Shown piece after piece: positions 1 to 9,048 of a stretch of DNA of 64,000 nt. Numbering within the stretch: position 1 is the stretch's first letter; each line of letters starts with the position of its first letter. The translations under genes and the position numbers were made by a program. Under the pieces are notes generated by a model. It did no database searches, was not told where the DNA came from, and was given only the letters and a program-made list of their open reading frames with translations. The stretch comes from Syntrophales bacterium (GTDB taxonomy: Bacteria > Desulfobacterota > Syntrophia > Syntrophales > PHBD01): the NCBI GenBank assembly GCA_963668175.1, contig OY764159.1:1664001-1728000 (forward strand), read 5' to 3'.

Positions 1-798
1 CCTGTTTTCAACCTTAGAGTTCGAGATAATCTTCTTGAGTGGACCGCACAGCAAAGGAAAAAACATCTTGTTAGTTTGATGGATGCCTATGTCCTCGGTG
101 CTGTCCCTCCGTACAATTTTTTATTGTGCGGTAAAATGATTGCGTGCCTGATAAGAACAAGAGAAGTCCGTGACCACTTTTCTGAAAAATATGACAAGAC
201 AACAGGTATTATTTCTGGCGAGAGCAAACATGCGAAATTGGTTGCTATTACTACATCCTCAGCTCTCGGGAAATCATCTCTTTACAATAGATTGACAGTC
301 AACGGACAAAAGTATTTCAAATCGATAGGTTTCACTGAAGGTTGGGGACATTTCCACGTCCCTGATTTGTTATTTAAATCCATCAGAGAATACTTGGAAA
401 TTAAGGGGCACCAATACGCCGGAAACAATCGTTTTGGGGAAGGTCCCAATTGGCGATTACGAGCGATTCGTCAAGTGCTGACATCATTGAAACAAAATCC
501 AAACTTACTCAAGCACGGAATAGCGCGGGAAGTATTTCTTTGCGAGTTTGCTGCAAATAGTAAGTCCTATTTGACGGACAAGGTTAAGCAACCGAAATAC
601 AGTGATCTTTTATCTGTCACAGAGGTTGCGAAGCATTCTCTTGCTCGATGGGTCATTCCACGTTCTTTAAGAAAACCTGAATATTGTAGTTGGAAGAGAC
701 AGAACATACGACATCTTCTGAAACCGTATGGCAACCGAACTGCAGAGGCTGTAATAACCGAACGAAAGGAACTTAAAGTTGGCTCTTGCAAACTTTGA
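1..798 (+). CDS. DUF4338 / Druantia DruA-like protein, 5'-truncated by the window edge
   Basis: Frame 1 is open from base 1 (PVFNLRVRDNLLEW...) into MDAYVLGAVPPYNFLLCGKMIA, ITTSSALGKSSLYNRL and GFTEGWGHFH, motifs recognised from DUF4338/DruA proteins. Stop overlaps the next gene start. Confidence 0.75.
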   Translation, partial: PVFNLRVRDNLLEWTAQQRKKHLVSLMDAYVLGAVPPYNFLLCGKMIACLIRTREVRDHFSEKYDKTTGIISGESKHAKLVAITTSSALGKSSLYNRLTVNGQKYFKSIGFTEGWGHFHVPDLLFKSIREYLEIKGHQYAGNNRFGEGPNWRLRAIRQVLTSLKQNPNLLKHGIAREVFLCEFAANSKSYLTDKVKQPKYSDLLSVTEVAKHSLARWVIPRSLRKPEYCSWKRQNIRHLLKPYGNRTAEAVITERKELKVGSCKL

Positions 799-1945
799 CT
801 TGGATTCTCTTCGAGAAAAAGTTTTGGCAGCCTATAAAGTCGATGACCCTCTTCTTAAGAAGTTCAGGGAATACGCTCGACGGCTTGGCGCCAATGTCAA
901 ACCACTCAGAACATACTCAGTCAATGCAGTGTCCTTTGTATCAGCCGATGGAGGAGATAATCGTCTAACATTCAATCCGGCTATTGTTGAACTCGTTCGA
1001 GTTGTAGACTCTCGTGGTAACCAATGCGCCTTGGATGCTATTGCCAGCACTGCCGGCTCCAATGAGCTGAATGAGCGCATCAAACCAAATACGCCATCTC
1101 TAGTTGCTCCGCTACAACGTCTTTGTAACGACCTTGATATAGAAGATGTTGTCGCGTTATCCTATCTTCTGAAAGCACTCGACGAGCCGGGGAAAAGCAC
1201 AGGAGCAATCCGATGTTATCGTGATATTGTAGAATGGGCTGTACTTTATGACCTCATCTGCAATCCTGCCATTCAATGGGGCAGCGACACAATTCTGATA
1301 AGGGACGGCCTTCTTCGGACGAAGTCATTCAAACGGGAGATATTTCCTAAAATTGATCAAAATATTCGAGAAGGTGTAAAAAAACACCAAGAACGCAATG
1401 TTGCCTTGTCGTTGGTCGGTGTGGCCAAACAGAGCGCAGTTCTTGGTAGATTAGCCGTGGCACTCGAATTAGAAGCGACATTCCACAAACGTTATCCATG
1501 CTTCTGTGAAGTTCCTGAAGACATAGAGAGCGATTGTTACAACTTCGATATAACTTGGCTAAGAACGTATGAATCCTTTGAGTCTGATGATAAAGAAGTG
1601 AAACTTTACCAGTCAATGGGAAAGATGTACCTTGCCAAATTCGGAGACCATCCTTTTGATCCCGTATGGCCGGTTGATATTGCAGTCTGGCAAACGTCAA
1701 ACGCAGAAAAGATTCTTGGTCAACTGACAGTCGATGCACAACAGGGTTTCCCAATTCCTGATTATCCGATGACTATTCAGAAAGCACATGATTTTGCTAA
1801 GCTCAGTGGTTTAGAAGTGGAAGTCCTTCAGGATTTATTAATGCGAGGTATAACTCAAAACCTTGCCCCTGATGAAGCAGAACGAATACTGCGAATGAAA
1901 CATCTTGGAAGAACACTTGCAGCTTTGAGATACAAGGAGGGATGA
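779..1945 (+). CDS. NurA-like nuclease (RNase H-like fold)
   Basis: VSADGG near the N-terminus, ILIRDGLL, VGVAKQS and C-terminal DYPMTIQKAHDFAK match the NurA catalytic motif pattern. Directly upstream of a HerA ATPase with ATGA overlap. Confidence 0.75.
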   Translation: MALANFDLDSLREKVLAAYKVDDPLLKKFREYARRLGANVKPLRTYSVNAVSFVSADGGDNRLTFNPAIVELVRVVDSRGNQCALDAIASTAGSNELNERIKPNTPSLVAPLQRLCNDLDIEDVVALSYLLKALDEPGKSTGAIRCYRDIVEWAVLYDLICNPAIQWGSDTILIRDGLLRTKSFKREIFPKIDQNIREGVKKHQERNVALSLVGVAKQSAVLGRLAVALELEATFHKRYPCFCEVPEDIESDCYNFDITWLRTYESFESDDKEVKLYQSMGKMYLAKFGDHPFDPVWPVDIAVWQTSNAEKILGQLTVDAQQGFPIPDYPMTIQKAHDFAKLSGLEVEVLQDLLMRGITQNLAPDEAERILRMKHLGRTLAALRYKEG

Positions 1946-3145
1946 TGCTTTTCGCCAACTCACAAGTCATGGGAACTTTCAAAGGATTTAATGAAAGAGG
2001 TTTGGAATTCGCCGCCGAGATAATAGCCCCATATGACGCCAGTATGCTTGAGCGCCCTCAACTCGGGCAATTCCTTCTAATTGAACTTGGCTCATTGGAA
2101 GAAGCGGCCCTTGGCCGGATTACCCGCTTTGTTCCTTCAGGTCTTCTAGCCACTGCCGAAGGAGAAGACTATGTCAATACAATGCAACGCAGACAACAGG
2201 CCGTTCCTGAAGATCTGAAACAGCAACGGCTTAAGTATCGAGTTCAGGTCAAACTATTGGGTGCAGTTCGTCTTGTTAAAAAAGAAGGCAAAGACACTGT
2301 TACCTACGTACCATCCCAGAGAAGGCTGCCTCATCTCGGCGCTAAAGTAGCCCTTCCCAGTTCGGAAGTTTTAGCTGAACTCTGCAAGTTAAGTAAGGGT
2401 GAAACCGATCTTGGTGACTATGTGCTAGGGGAGTTTGTTTACTCAGGTTCCGATGTTCCAAATGAAAATCCTATTTTGCGTCCAACGGACCCATCTCTGT
2501 CAGTAAAATTTGATATAGGTAACCTAGTTTCACGTAGATCGGTTGTTTTTGCGCGCGCAGGTTATGGTAAGTCCAACCTCATTAAGTATCTTATCTCTGA
2601 ACTATATAAAAAGGGCCAGCCTAAAACTGAAGGTGGGCAAAACGTAGGTACTCTAATTTTCGATGCTGACGGTGAATATTTTTGGCCAGACAGAGTCAAA
2701 CACCGTCCCGGTCTATGCGACGTGACGCATCTCAAGGATCATATTCTTGTATTCACAAACCGCCAACCCTACAATCCATATTATGGAAGCTGGAAAGCAG
2801 GAGAAGTGAGGCTCGATATCCGTGATCTTCCTCCGCGGGATGTTGTAGGAATCGCTGTGTCTTCTGAGCGGCAGGAACAACAGAATATACTCAAATTAAA
2901 AGGTCTGACGGATACAAATTGGAGACAATTAGTTGATTTAATACACAAAGATCGCCTTCAGGCTTCCGAAATCCAAGTCGGTGAATTGATGGGGTATTCG
3001 GAGAAACAGATTAAAGAAAGCGGTGCAGAAATAGCAGCAGCTAAAAGCAACATGAATAACGTTGTCAGGTTGCTACACGATCCAGCAAGTCAACTTCTTT
3101 CAGGCACTCTTCAGGCACTCATGCAAGGTCACATTGGAGTTGCCC

Positions 3146-3994
3146 CTATTTCACCGGACACTGTTCTAACTTATTTTGATGTCTCCTATACTCCCTGGGC
3201 GACATCATTTTCAATCCCTTGTGCGGATGGTTTTCATTGTAGTCTAAGAACCATCCGGGCAGTTGCTTCATGACCGTTTCGGCATCAGTCAGGATATTCA
3301 GATGAATATAATCCCTCTTGAAGGTCTTGACAAAGGATTCGGCCATTCCGTTCGATTCCGGGCTATAGAACGGGGTCGTGCAAACCTCAAGCCCCATCAT
3401 CTGCCCAAAGCTTTTCGTTTCCCTGGCGGTGTACGCAGGACCATTATCGCTCAGCCACTGGATTCTGTGAGGCAGCCGATTGATCATACCGAAACGGGCC
3501 TCAATGGCTTCCGCCATCAAGTCCCTGACCATGTCGCCGGATACGCCCCCTGTCGTGGCTACATAACTCATGATTTCCCTGTCGCAACAATCCATGCTGA
3601 ACGCTACCCGGAGACGGTCCCCATTCCAGCAGGCAATCTCAAACGCATCGGAACACCAACGAAGATCGCTCCGTCTCGTCGTGACCTTGCCCTCGTGAAG
3701 CCTTGCCGGCCTACCCGTATGCCGCTGAAGAAGCAGATTGTGCATCTTCATGAGACGATAAATCCGTTTGGGGTTAACTCCCGGATGCCCCTGACGTTCC
3801 AGAAACCTGTTGATTCTTGCCGTTACTCTCCGATAGCCGTAACTGGGACGATTATCAATAACCTGCCTGATCAGAAGAAGATATCTGCCATCGTCGCCTC
3901 TCCTGTAATGGCGGCTTCTCGAATCGGCTTCCTTCCCTTGCCTTTCGTACTGCCGGGAACGGGAAACGTCCAGCGTATCGACAACCGTCTTCAT
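3146..3994 (-). CDS. IS3-family transposase OrfB (DDE integrase core)
   Basis: YGYRRV, WCSD, LSDNGPAY and SPESNGMAESFVKTFKRDY motifs. Confidence 0.95.
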   Translation of the reverse strand: MKTVVDTLDVSRSRQYERQGKEADSRSRHYRRGDDGRYLLLIRQVIDNRPSYGYRRVTARINRFLERQGHPGVNPKRIYRLMKMHNLLLQRHTGRPARLHEGKVTTRRSDLRWCSDAFEIACWNGDRLRVAFSMDCCDREIMSYVATTGGVSGDMVRDLMAEAIEARFGMINRLPHRIQWLSDNGPAYTARETKSFGQMMGLEVCTTPFYSPESNGMAESFVKTFKRDYIHLNILTDAETVMKQLPGWFLDYNENHPHKGLKMMSPREYRRHQNKLEQCPVK

Positions 3995-4368
3995 CGGGAA
4001 TCGTCCTCCGGCAACAACGGCAACCGCGAGATCAGTTTTTTTTCACGGGCAATCCGGACAGCCTCTCTTAATATCTCCACCTCCATTGTCTTTTTGCCCA
4101 GAAGACGCTCCAACTCCCGGATCTGCTTCTTCAGTTCTCTGGCTTCCGATGCAGGAACGACGCCTTCATCTGCACCAACCGCCGACAGAGCCCCTTCTTC
4201 GGCAAGCCTGCGCCAGTGGAACAACTGGTTCGGATGGATGTCATACTTCCGGGCTACAGCCGAGATGCTCATTCCCGGCTGCTCCGCCTCCCGCACCATC
4301 GACTTCTTCTCGGCAGCCGACCAGCGACGTCGCCTCTGTACACCGACGATCACTTCTACAGGAACCAT
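3991..4368 (-). CDS. IS3-family transposase OrfA (HTH)
   Basis: RRRRWSAAEK...VARKYDIHPNQLFHWRR and ELERLLGKKTMEVEILREA. A8 slippery tract at 4036-4043 (minus strand) fits a -1 frameshift into orfB. Confidence 0.9.
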   Translation of the reverse strand: MVPVEVIVGVQRRRRWSAAEKKSMVREAEQPGMSISAVARKYDIHPNQLFHWRRLAEEGALSAVGADEGVVPASEARELKKQIRELERLLGKKTMEVEILREAVRIAREKKLISRLPLLPEDDSR

Positions 4369-5376
4369 AAACACCTTCTTTCTGGTTGTAGTAATATCTC
4401 TATATCTATTCCTACAACTTATTTCCAGATTCAAAGTGTCCGGTTCAATTGGGGGCTACTTCACACATCGTTGTTATCGACATAAGCCTCTTGAGTTCTA
4501 CTGCAGGAAATACAATTGCCGGTCTGATCCTCAGAAGAATCTTTTCTCATAATCAAGAAAATTTTACCGGCGGGCAGTCACCCATTCCGGTTGTAACTGT
4601 GATCGAGGAAGCTCAGAGCGTCCTGGGGAGAAACCTCGATGAATCGAGTCCCTTTGTCGAATGGGTTAAAGAGGGTCGGAAATATGATTTAGGCGCAATA
4701 CTCGTTACTCAACAACCTGGATCTCTAGCTCCAGAACTTATGAGTCAGGCTGATAATTGGTTCAGTTTTCATTTGTTATCGGAAGGCGACGCAGGGGTAC
4801 TCGGTAAATACAATTCTCATTATTCCGATGATATCTTGTCGCACTTAATTGGGGAACCTATCCCTGGTAATTGTTTCATGTGGAGTGCCCCGCATCAGCC
4901 ATTCGTTCTGCCCGTTAGAGTTAGAAGTTTCGAGGGGCTTTATAGAGGCAATGTAAAGTTTGATGATGCATCAGGCGCCGTTCCTGACACTCCGGCGTCT
5001 AAGGTCCACAAAGATGTTTCAGCGAGACTTAATGAATTAGCAGGGAGAATTAAAGAGTCACTCAAAGCGCCTAGTACGAAGTTCGTTCAAGTATCTCCGG
5101 ATAAAGTTGGCATTAAGAGTGGACAACTATACTATCTTATAAGAGATGCCAAAAGTCTCAATGACTATGAAACTGCGAATCAGCTAATGGAACCATTATT
5201 AACAATTATACTTGGCGAAGGTAATTTTCAACAAACCGAGTTCAAAGACAAGGAGTTCTTTTGTTCTTCCCAAGAAAATTGGGCGAAAGCTCTCGGGAAA
5301 AATATTAGAATATCAGTCGGTTAATCATGGGCTACAACAGCATTTATTCAAAAGTAATTTAGATGGAGGAACATAA

Positions 5377-6408
5377 ATGTCGGAAAAGGAATTAACAATG
5401 GAAATGGCAAATCTCATATGCCGATTCGGAAGTGAATTCGTCTTGCTGGATATGCTAGAGCCAATTGTTTTCCCTGCTTTTTTCGGTGAATCAAAAATCA
5501 GAGTCTATGGGGAAACAAGCTTTTTCTTTTTTGATGTCAAACTGGTTCGTCTCAAATCATATGAGAATAATCTCAGATTAGGCATAGCCGGACGATTCAT
5601 TAAAGACACAAAAGTGCAGCGGGACCAAATATTCGAAGAAGGAAAAGGAATCATTAAAGATAGTCGTACGCTGCGTAGTTCTCCATCTGCATTATTTCTG
5701 CTGCTACTTAATAATCATCGGCTAATTTACGTTAAAGAAACAAGAGATGCACCTCCTAAAGACACTTTCCGGACCACGCTCCATTATTTTCTCATGGAAA
5801 GACATAAATCGTTTCTGAGAAAAGCCTTCGAAGACTATAAACTACGACGAAAAAGGGAGCCAGAGACGCCTGTCATGAGAAAGATAGACTTTCTTGAATT
5901 GTTTCCTCCGCCGAGTCTAAAGCTGATTCCGCTGACATCTGAAGATAGTATTCAAGAATTCATCAATAAGTACGAACTATTGAGATCAATAGAAATTTCT
6001 ATATCAGATAGAAATAGCGAGATTGATAATGATTCATTCTTTGAGGAATTGAATCGGCGAAAAGAATTGCTCGGAAGTAAAAAATCAGCTGTTAAACATT
6101 CTAGTCGTAACGGCCTGGATAAAGAAATTGCGAAAAACGAAGTAAGAGAAGCAACGAGTCAGGGAAATCAGGTGGTTAATTTAGATGGATACGACACTGA
6201 AGGAAATAAATTACAAGGCAATAATGAAAAATTCCAGTTAAGAAGATCAATTGAAGTGAGCGAAAAAATGGATGAAGCAATATCGCAGCTGGATCAATCA
6301 TTTATGGATCTAGTTAAGGCCGGTGTAGTGAAAGTACCGGAAGAACGTGAAAAAGATAAAGAGATTTTACGTTCAATTTATCGAGGCCATTATGACAAAA
6401 GCCGATAA
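5377..6408 (+). CDS. Hypothetical soluble protein, possibly DUF4747-like
   Basis: 343-aa AT-rich ORF with GGAGG RBS that overlaps a multi-TM gene. The family guess is weak. Confidence 0.6.
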   Translation: MSEKELTMEMANLICRFGSEFVLLDMLEPIVFPAFFGESKIRVYGETSFFFFDVKLVRLKSYENNLRLGIAGRFIKDTKVQRDQIFEEGKGIIKDSRTLRSSPSALFLLLLNNHRLIYVKETRDAPPKDTFRTTLHYFLMERHKSFLRKAFEDYKLRRKREPETPVMRKIDFLELFPPPSLKLIPLTSEDSIQEFINKYELLRSIEISISDRNSEIDNDSFFEELNRRKELLGSKKSAVKHSSRNGLDKEIAKNEVREATSQGNQVVNLDGYDTEGNKLQGNNEKFQLRRSIEVSEKMDEAISQLDQSFMDLVKAGVVKVPEEREKDKEILRSIYRGHYDKSR

Positions 6409-7048
6409 TTTAAATTCTGCGGAATTGACCAGTGAAAAAAGATTATGTGAAATTTATCATAAGTCAAGAAAAATCCCGATGAGTAAATTCAATTTATGGT
6501 CAACTCTGATTGTTATGGTTTCTTTGTCCATCAATGTTTGGATTTCAAATCAGTCAATTGGTGATATGCTCGACATCATCAGAAAATCAGCTGAAAATGG
6601 CTTATCAATTTCTCTCAATACCCTTGGTTTTCTCATCGCAGGATTCACGGTATTTGCTACTTTGTCTAGTCCCGATCTGTCCCTTGAAATGGCAAATCAT
6701 ACGCATTCAGAAAGTGGATTATCATACTTGAAATACAATTATTTTGTTTTATTGAGGGTATTTGTACATTTCATAATTTTTGCAGGATTCTGTCTCGCCA
6801 TAGTGATGTATGGTCACAAAAATGGATTAGTATCATCATTAATAGCATCAGTAATATTAAAGTATCCGAAACTTTCTTTTTTACGTGATTGCCTTGTTGA
6901 AATATCATATGTGCTTATTTATACTGGATATTATTTCCTTCTCGTTCAATTGAAATCTTTCATATTTAACATTTACCATATCGTAATGACTTCTCTAAGA
7001 TGGAAAGCCGAACAAGGAACCGTCAGTGACAGTGCCCACATCGAATAG
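6392..7048 (+). CDS. Hypothetical membrane protein (~4 TM)
   Basis: Four hydrophobic segments, including LGFLIAGFTVFATL. Very AT-rich. ATG at 6392 overlaps the upstream gene. Confidence 0.7.
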   Translation: MTKADNLNSAELTSEKRLCEIYHKSRKIPMSKFNLWSTLIVMVSLSINVWISNQSIGDMLDIIRKSAENGLSISLNTLGFLIAGFTVFATLSSPDLSLEMANHTHSESGLSYLKYNYFVLLRVFVHFIIFAGFCLAIVMYGHKNGLVSSLIASVILKYPKLSFLRDCLVEISYVLIYTGYYFLLVQLKSFIFNIYHIVMTSLRWKAEQGTVSDSAHIE

Positions 7049-7086
7049 AACCGCCAATCAATTATCTATCAATTATTCAGACAGTA

Positions 7087-7115
7087 TTGACAAGGGTTAG
7101 CATATATGCTAACTA
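7087..7115 (+). promoter_or_regulatory. Sigma70-type promoter (TTGACA 7087-7092) with perfect 18-bp palindromic operator GTTAGCATATATGCTAAC (7096-7113)
   Basis: Seen directly. ATG at 7122 has no RBS, consistent with a leaderless autoregulated transcript. Confidence 0.65.
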
Positions 7116-7121
7116 ATCTTC

Positions 7122-7481
7122 ATGGCTGAACTGAAATATAAACCCGTTCCCCACGACCATAAGGCCTTTCTCGATAAGGCCCGGAAGCGGGAGGGATTCG
7201 ATAAGGCATACCGCGATTTGGAAGAAGAATATGCGCTCGTCCGGGCGATGCTGTCGGCCCGGTCGAAATCCGGCCTTACCCAGGAGGCGGTTGCCGCGTT
7301 GATGGGAACGACGAAAAGCGCCGTCTCGCGCCTGGAATCCGCCGGGAAACATTCGCCCTCCGTGGCAACGCTGAAAAAGTACGCCCGTGCCCTCGGCTAT
7401 CGTCTGGAGATTAAATTCAAACCCGGAATCGTTCCCGCAAGCCGAGCGACCGGCGGATTGAAAAAGAAGCAGGCCTTCTAA
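7122..7481 (+). CDS. XRE-family HTH protein, HigA-like antitoxin
   Basis: AYRDLEEEYALVRAMLSARSKSGLTQEAVAALMGTTKSAVSRLES...PSVATLKKYARALG. Confidence 0.85.
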   Translation: MAELKYKPVPHDHKAFLDKARKREGFDKAYRDLEEEYALVRAMLSARSKSGLTQEAVAALMGTTKSAVSRLESAGKHSPSVATLKKYARALGYRLEIKFKPGIVPASRATGGLKKKQAF

Positions 7482-7924
7482 ATAAACCGATTCCTGCAAA
7501 ACCCGTGCGGTCGGCATCGGCAACTCTCAGCCACGCGGCTTCTTGGATGAGCCGCCGGCCTTATCCCGCGCCTGTCCGTTCCCCGTCGCTCCTCACGGCC
7601 GCAGCCGCCAGAACCCCTCTGCAACAAATTTGTTCCCCGCCTGATCGGATCGCCTTTTCCCTTTCAAATCGCCTGCCGGTGTAGCATTTCGTCCACCGGG
7701 GCAGCCGTGCAGGAAGGCCCGTATGATTTCATCCACCCGTGAATCATATGCTCCATTTCCTTGAATCATTCAAATAATACCGGATGTTCCGTGGGATGAC
7801 GCGATGGATTTTTTTCTACAGCGGTTGCCCCGAGCGTATGTTTTCATCCGTTTTTCTCCCGCGGCGGCGGCCTCTCTTTTTGAATTGCAAGCCAAAACAG
7901 CATCTTGCCTCCGGCGGTGATCGC

Positions 7925-7940
7925 TGGCACGCTCATTGCT
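7925..7940 (+). promoter_or_regulatory. Sigma54 (-24/-12) promoter of the CoA-transferase operon
   Basis: TGGCACGCTCATTGCT is a consensus TGGCAC-N5-TTGC, about 150 bp upstream of 8093. Confidence 0.8.
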
Positions 7941-8092
7941 GTGTATCAAGCCATCTGTAAACATAACTATGTTGCGATTGAGCCCGTCCGGGATGCGATG
8001 AGGCAATATGGATGAGTCTGTCTGCTGGACTGTTCCCGCGGACCGGGAGGGGTGCGTCTGATGAGTACTAAATCTACGGGAGGTATCTATTT

Positions 8093-9037
8093 ATGAATAC
8101 GTCGAAGGTCATGACGGCCAAGGAAGCCGTGACCAAGTTCATCGGCGACGGTATGACGGTAGGCGTGGGCGGTTTCTTTCACGCCATTTCCTATGCCATT
8201 ACGCATGAAATCATCCGTCAGCAGAAGCGCCATCTTACGATCTGCCAGCCCAGCTTCAACGATCACGCCGACCAGTTGATCGGCGCCGGGTGCGTGGACC
8301 GCATCGTGTCTTCCTACGTCTGGATGGAAGTCTTCGGGCCCCTGTACTGCTTCCGGCGGGCTATGGAAAAGGGCATCCCCCACAAGATCGAGATGGAGGA
8401 CTACACGAACTTCGCAGTCATGGCGAGATATCTGGCCGGTTCGCTCGGCATTCCCTTTATCCCCATCCGCTCCATGATGGGAAGCGACATGATGAACTAT
8501 TCGGCATGGATGGGCGACAAGAAGGTCAAAACGATCGAGGACCCCTTTAATCCCGGGCAGGAATACGCCGCCGTTCCCGCGCTCACGCCGGATATCGGCT
8601 ATTTCCACGTCCAGAGGGCCGACGCGGAAGGCAACTGCCAGATGTGGGGCATCTGGGGCGACTCACCCTGGAGCATGAGGGCCTGCAAGCAGGTCATCGT
8701 CTCCTGCGAAGAGATCGTGACCCGCGACATCATCGGCCGCGATCCGAACCGTACGATCCTGCCGGGCTACAAGGTCTGCGCCGTCGTGGAAGCGCCGTTC
8801 GGCGCCCATCCCAAGCATACGCAGGGCTATTACGATGTCGACAGGGACTTCATCTTCAAGTACGTCCGCGAATCCCAGAAGGAAGAGGGATGGAAGAAGT
8901 TCATGGACGAGTGGGTATACGGCGTCGAGGACAGGGCCGGTTATCTGAAGAAATATATCGACACCTTCGGCATGAAGCGTTTCCTCGATCTCAAGGCGAG
9001 GGACATCAGCTCCAGCTCGGTCAACTACGGATTTTAA
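8093..9037 (+). CDS. Family I CoA-transferase subunit A (glutaconate CoA-transferase GctA-like)
   Basis: GMTVGVGGF, HEIIRQ, GIPFIPIRSMMGSD, HVQRADAEGN, VVEAPFGAHP. Confidence 0.9.
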   Translation: MNTSKVMTAKEAVTKFIGDGMTVGVGGFFHAISYAITHEIIRQQKRHLTICQPSFNDHADQLIGAGCVDRIVSSYVWMEVFGPLYCFRRAMEKGIPHKIEMEDYTNFAVMARYLAGSLGIPFIPIRSMMGSDMMNYSAWMGDKKVKTIEDPFNPGQEYAAVPALTPDIGYFHVQRADAEGNCQMWGIWGDSPWSMRACKQVIVSCEEIVTRDIIGRDPNRTILPGYKVCAVVEAPFGAHPKHTQGYYDVDRDFIFKYVRESQKEEGWKKFMDEWVYGVEDRAGYLKKYIDTFGMKRFLDLKARDISSSSVNYGF

Positions 9038-9048
9038 GGAGGTTTATC

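Larger units (their letters stand above)
3135..4463 (-). mobile_element. IS3-family insertion sequence, IS2 group, 1329 bp, 5-bp target duplication CACAT (3130-3134 / 4464-4468)
   Basis: Imperfect terminal IRs TGGAGTTGCCCCTATTTCACCGGACACT and (reverse complement) TGAAGTAGCCCCCAATTGAACCGGACACT with TG...CA ends. Carries orfA/orfB and has higher GC than its flanks. Confidence 0.95.
1942..5324 (+). pseudogene. HerA/DUF87-family ATPase interrupted by an IS (segments 1942-3134 and 4469-5324; 682 aa when rejoined)
   Basis: N-terminal HAS-barrel-like region, Walker A ARAGYGKSN and FDADGEY before the IS. Walker B VIEEAQ and KEGRKY...VTQQP after it. Removing the IS plus one CACAT restores the frame ...MQGH-IVVIDIS... 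Confidence 0.9.

Noticed and set aside
3135..3273. C-terminal 46 codons of the 443-aa ORF and the TTG-started 4449 ORF as separate genes
   Set aside because: Both are artefacts of herA reading into and out of the IS ends.
3263..4552. 429-aa plus-strand ORF across the IS
   Set aside because: Antisense shadow of the orfA/orfB transposase; no recognisable motifs.
1..7048. Calling the locus a canonical Druantia system or an archaeal-type HerA-NurA-Mre11-Rad50 repair operon
   Set aside because: No DruE helicase, DruB/C/D, Mre11 or Rad50 is visible in the window.
7049..7121. att site or tRNA marking the right end of the AT-rich island
   Set aside because: No tRNA or integrase seen, and the left boundary is outside the window, so a direct repeat cannot be tested.
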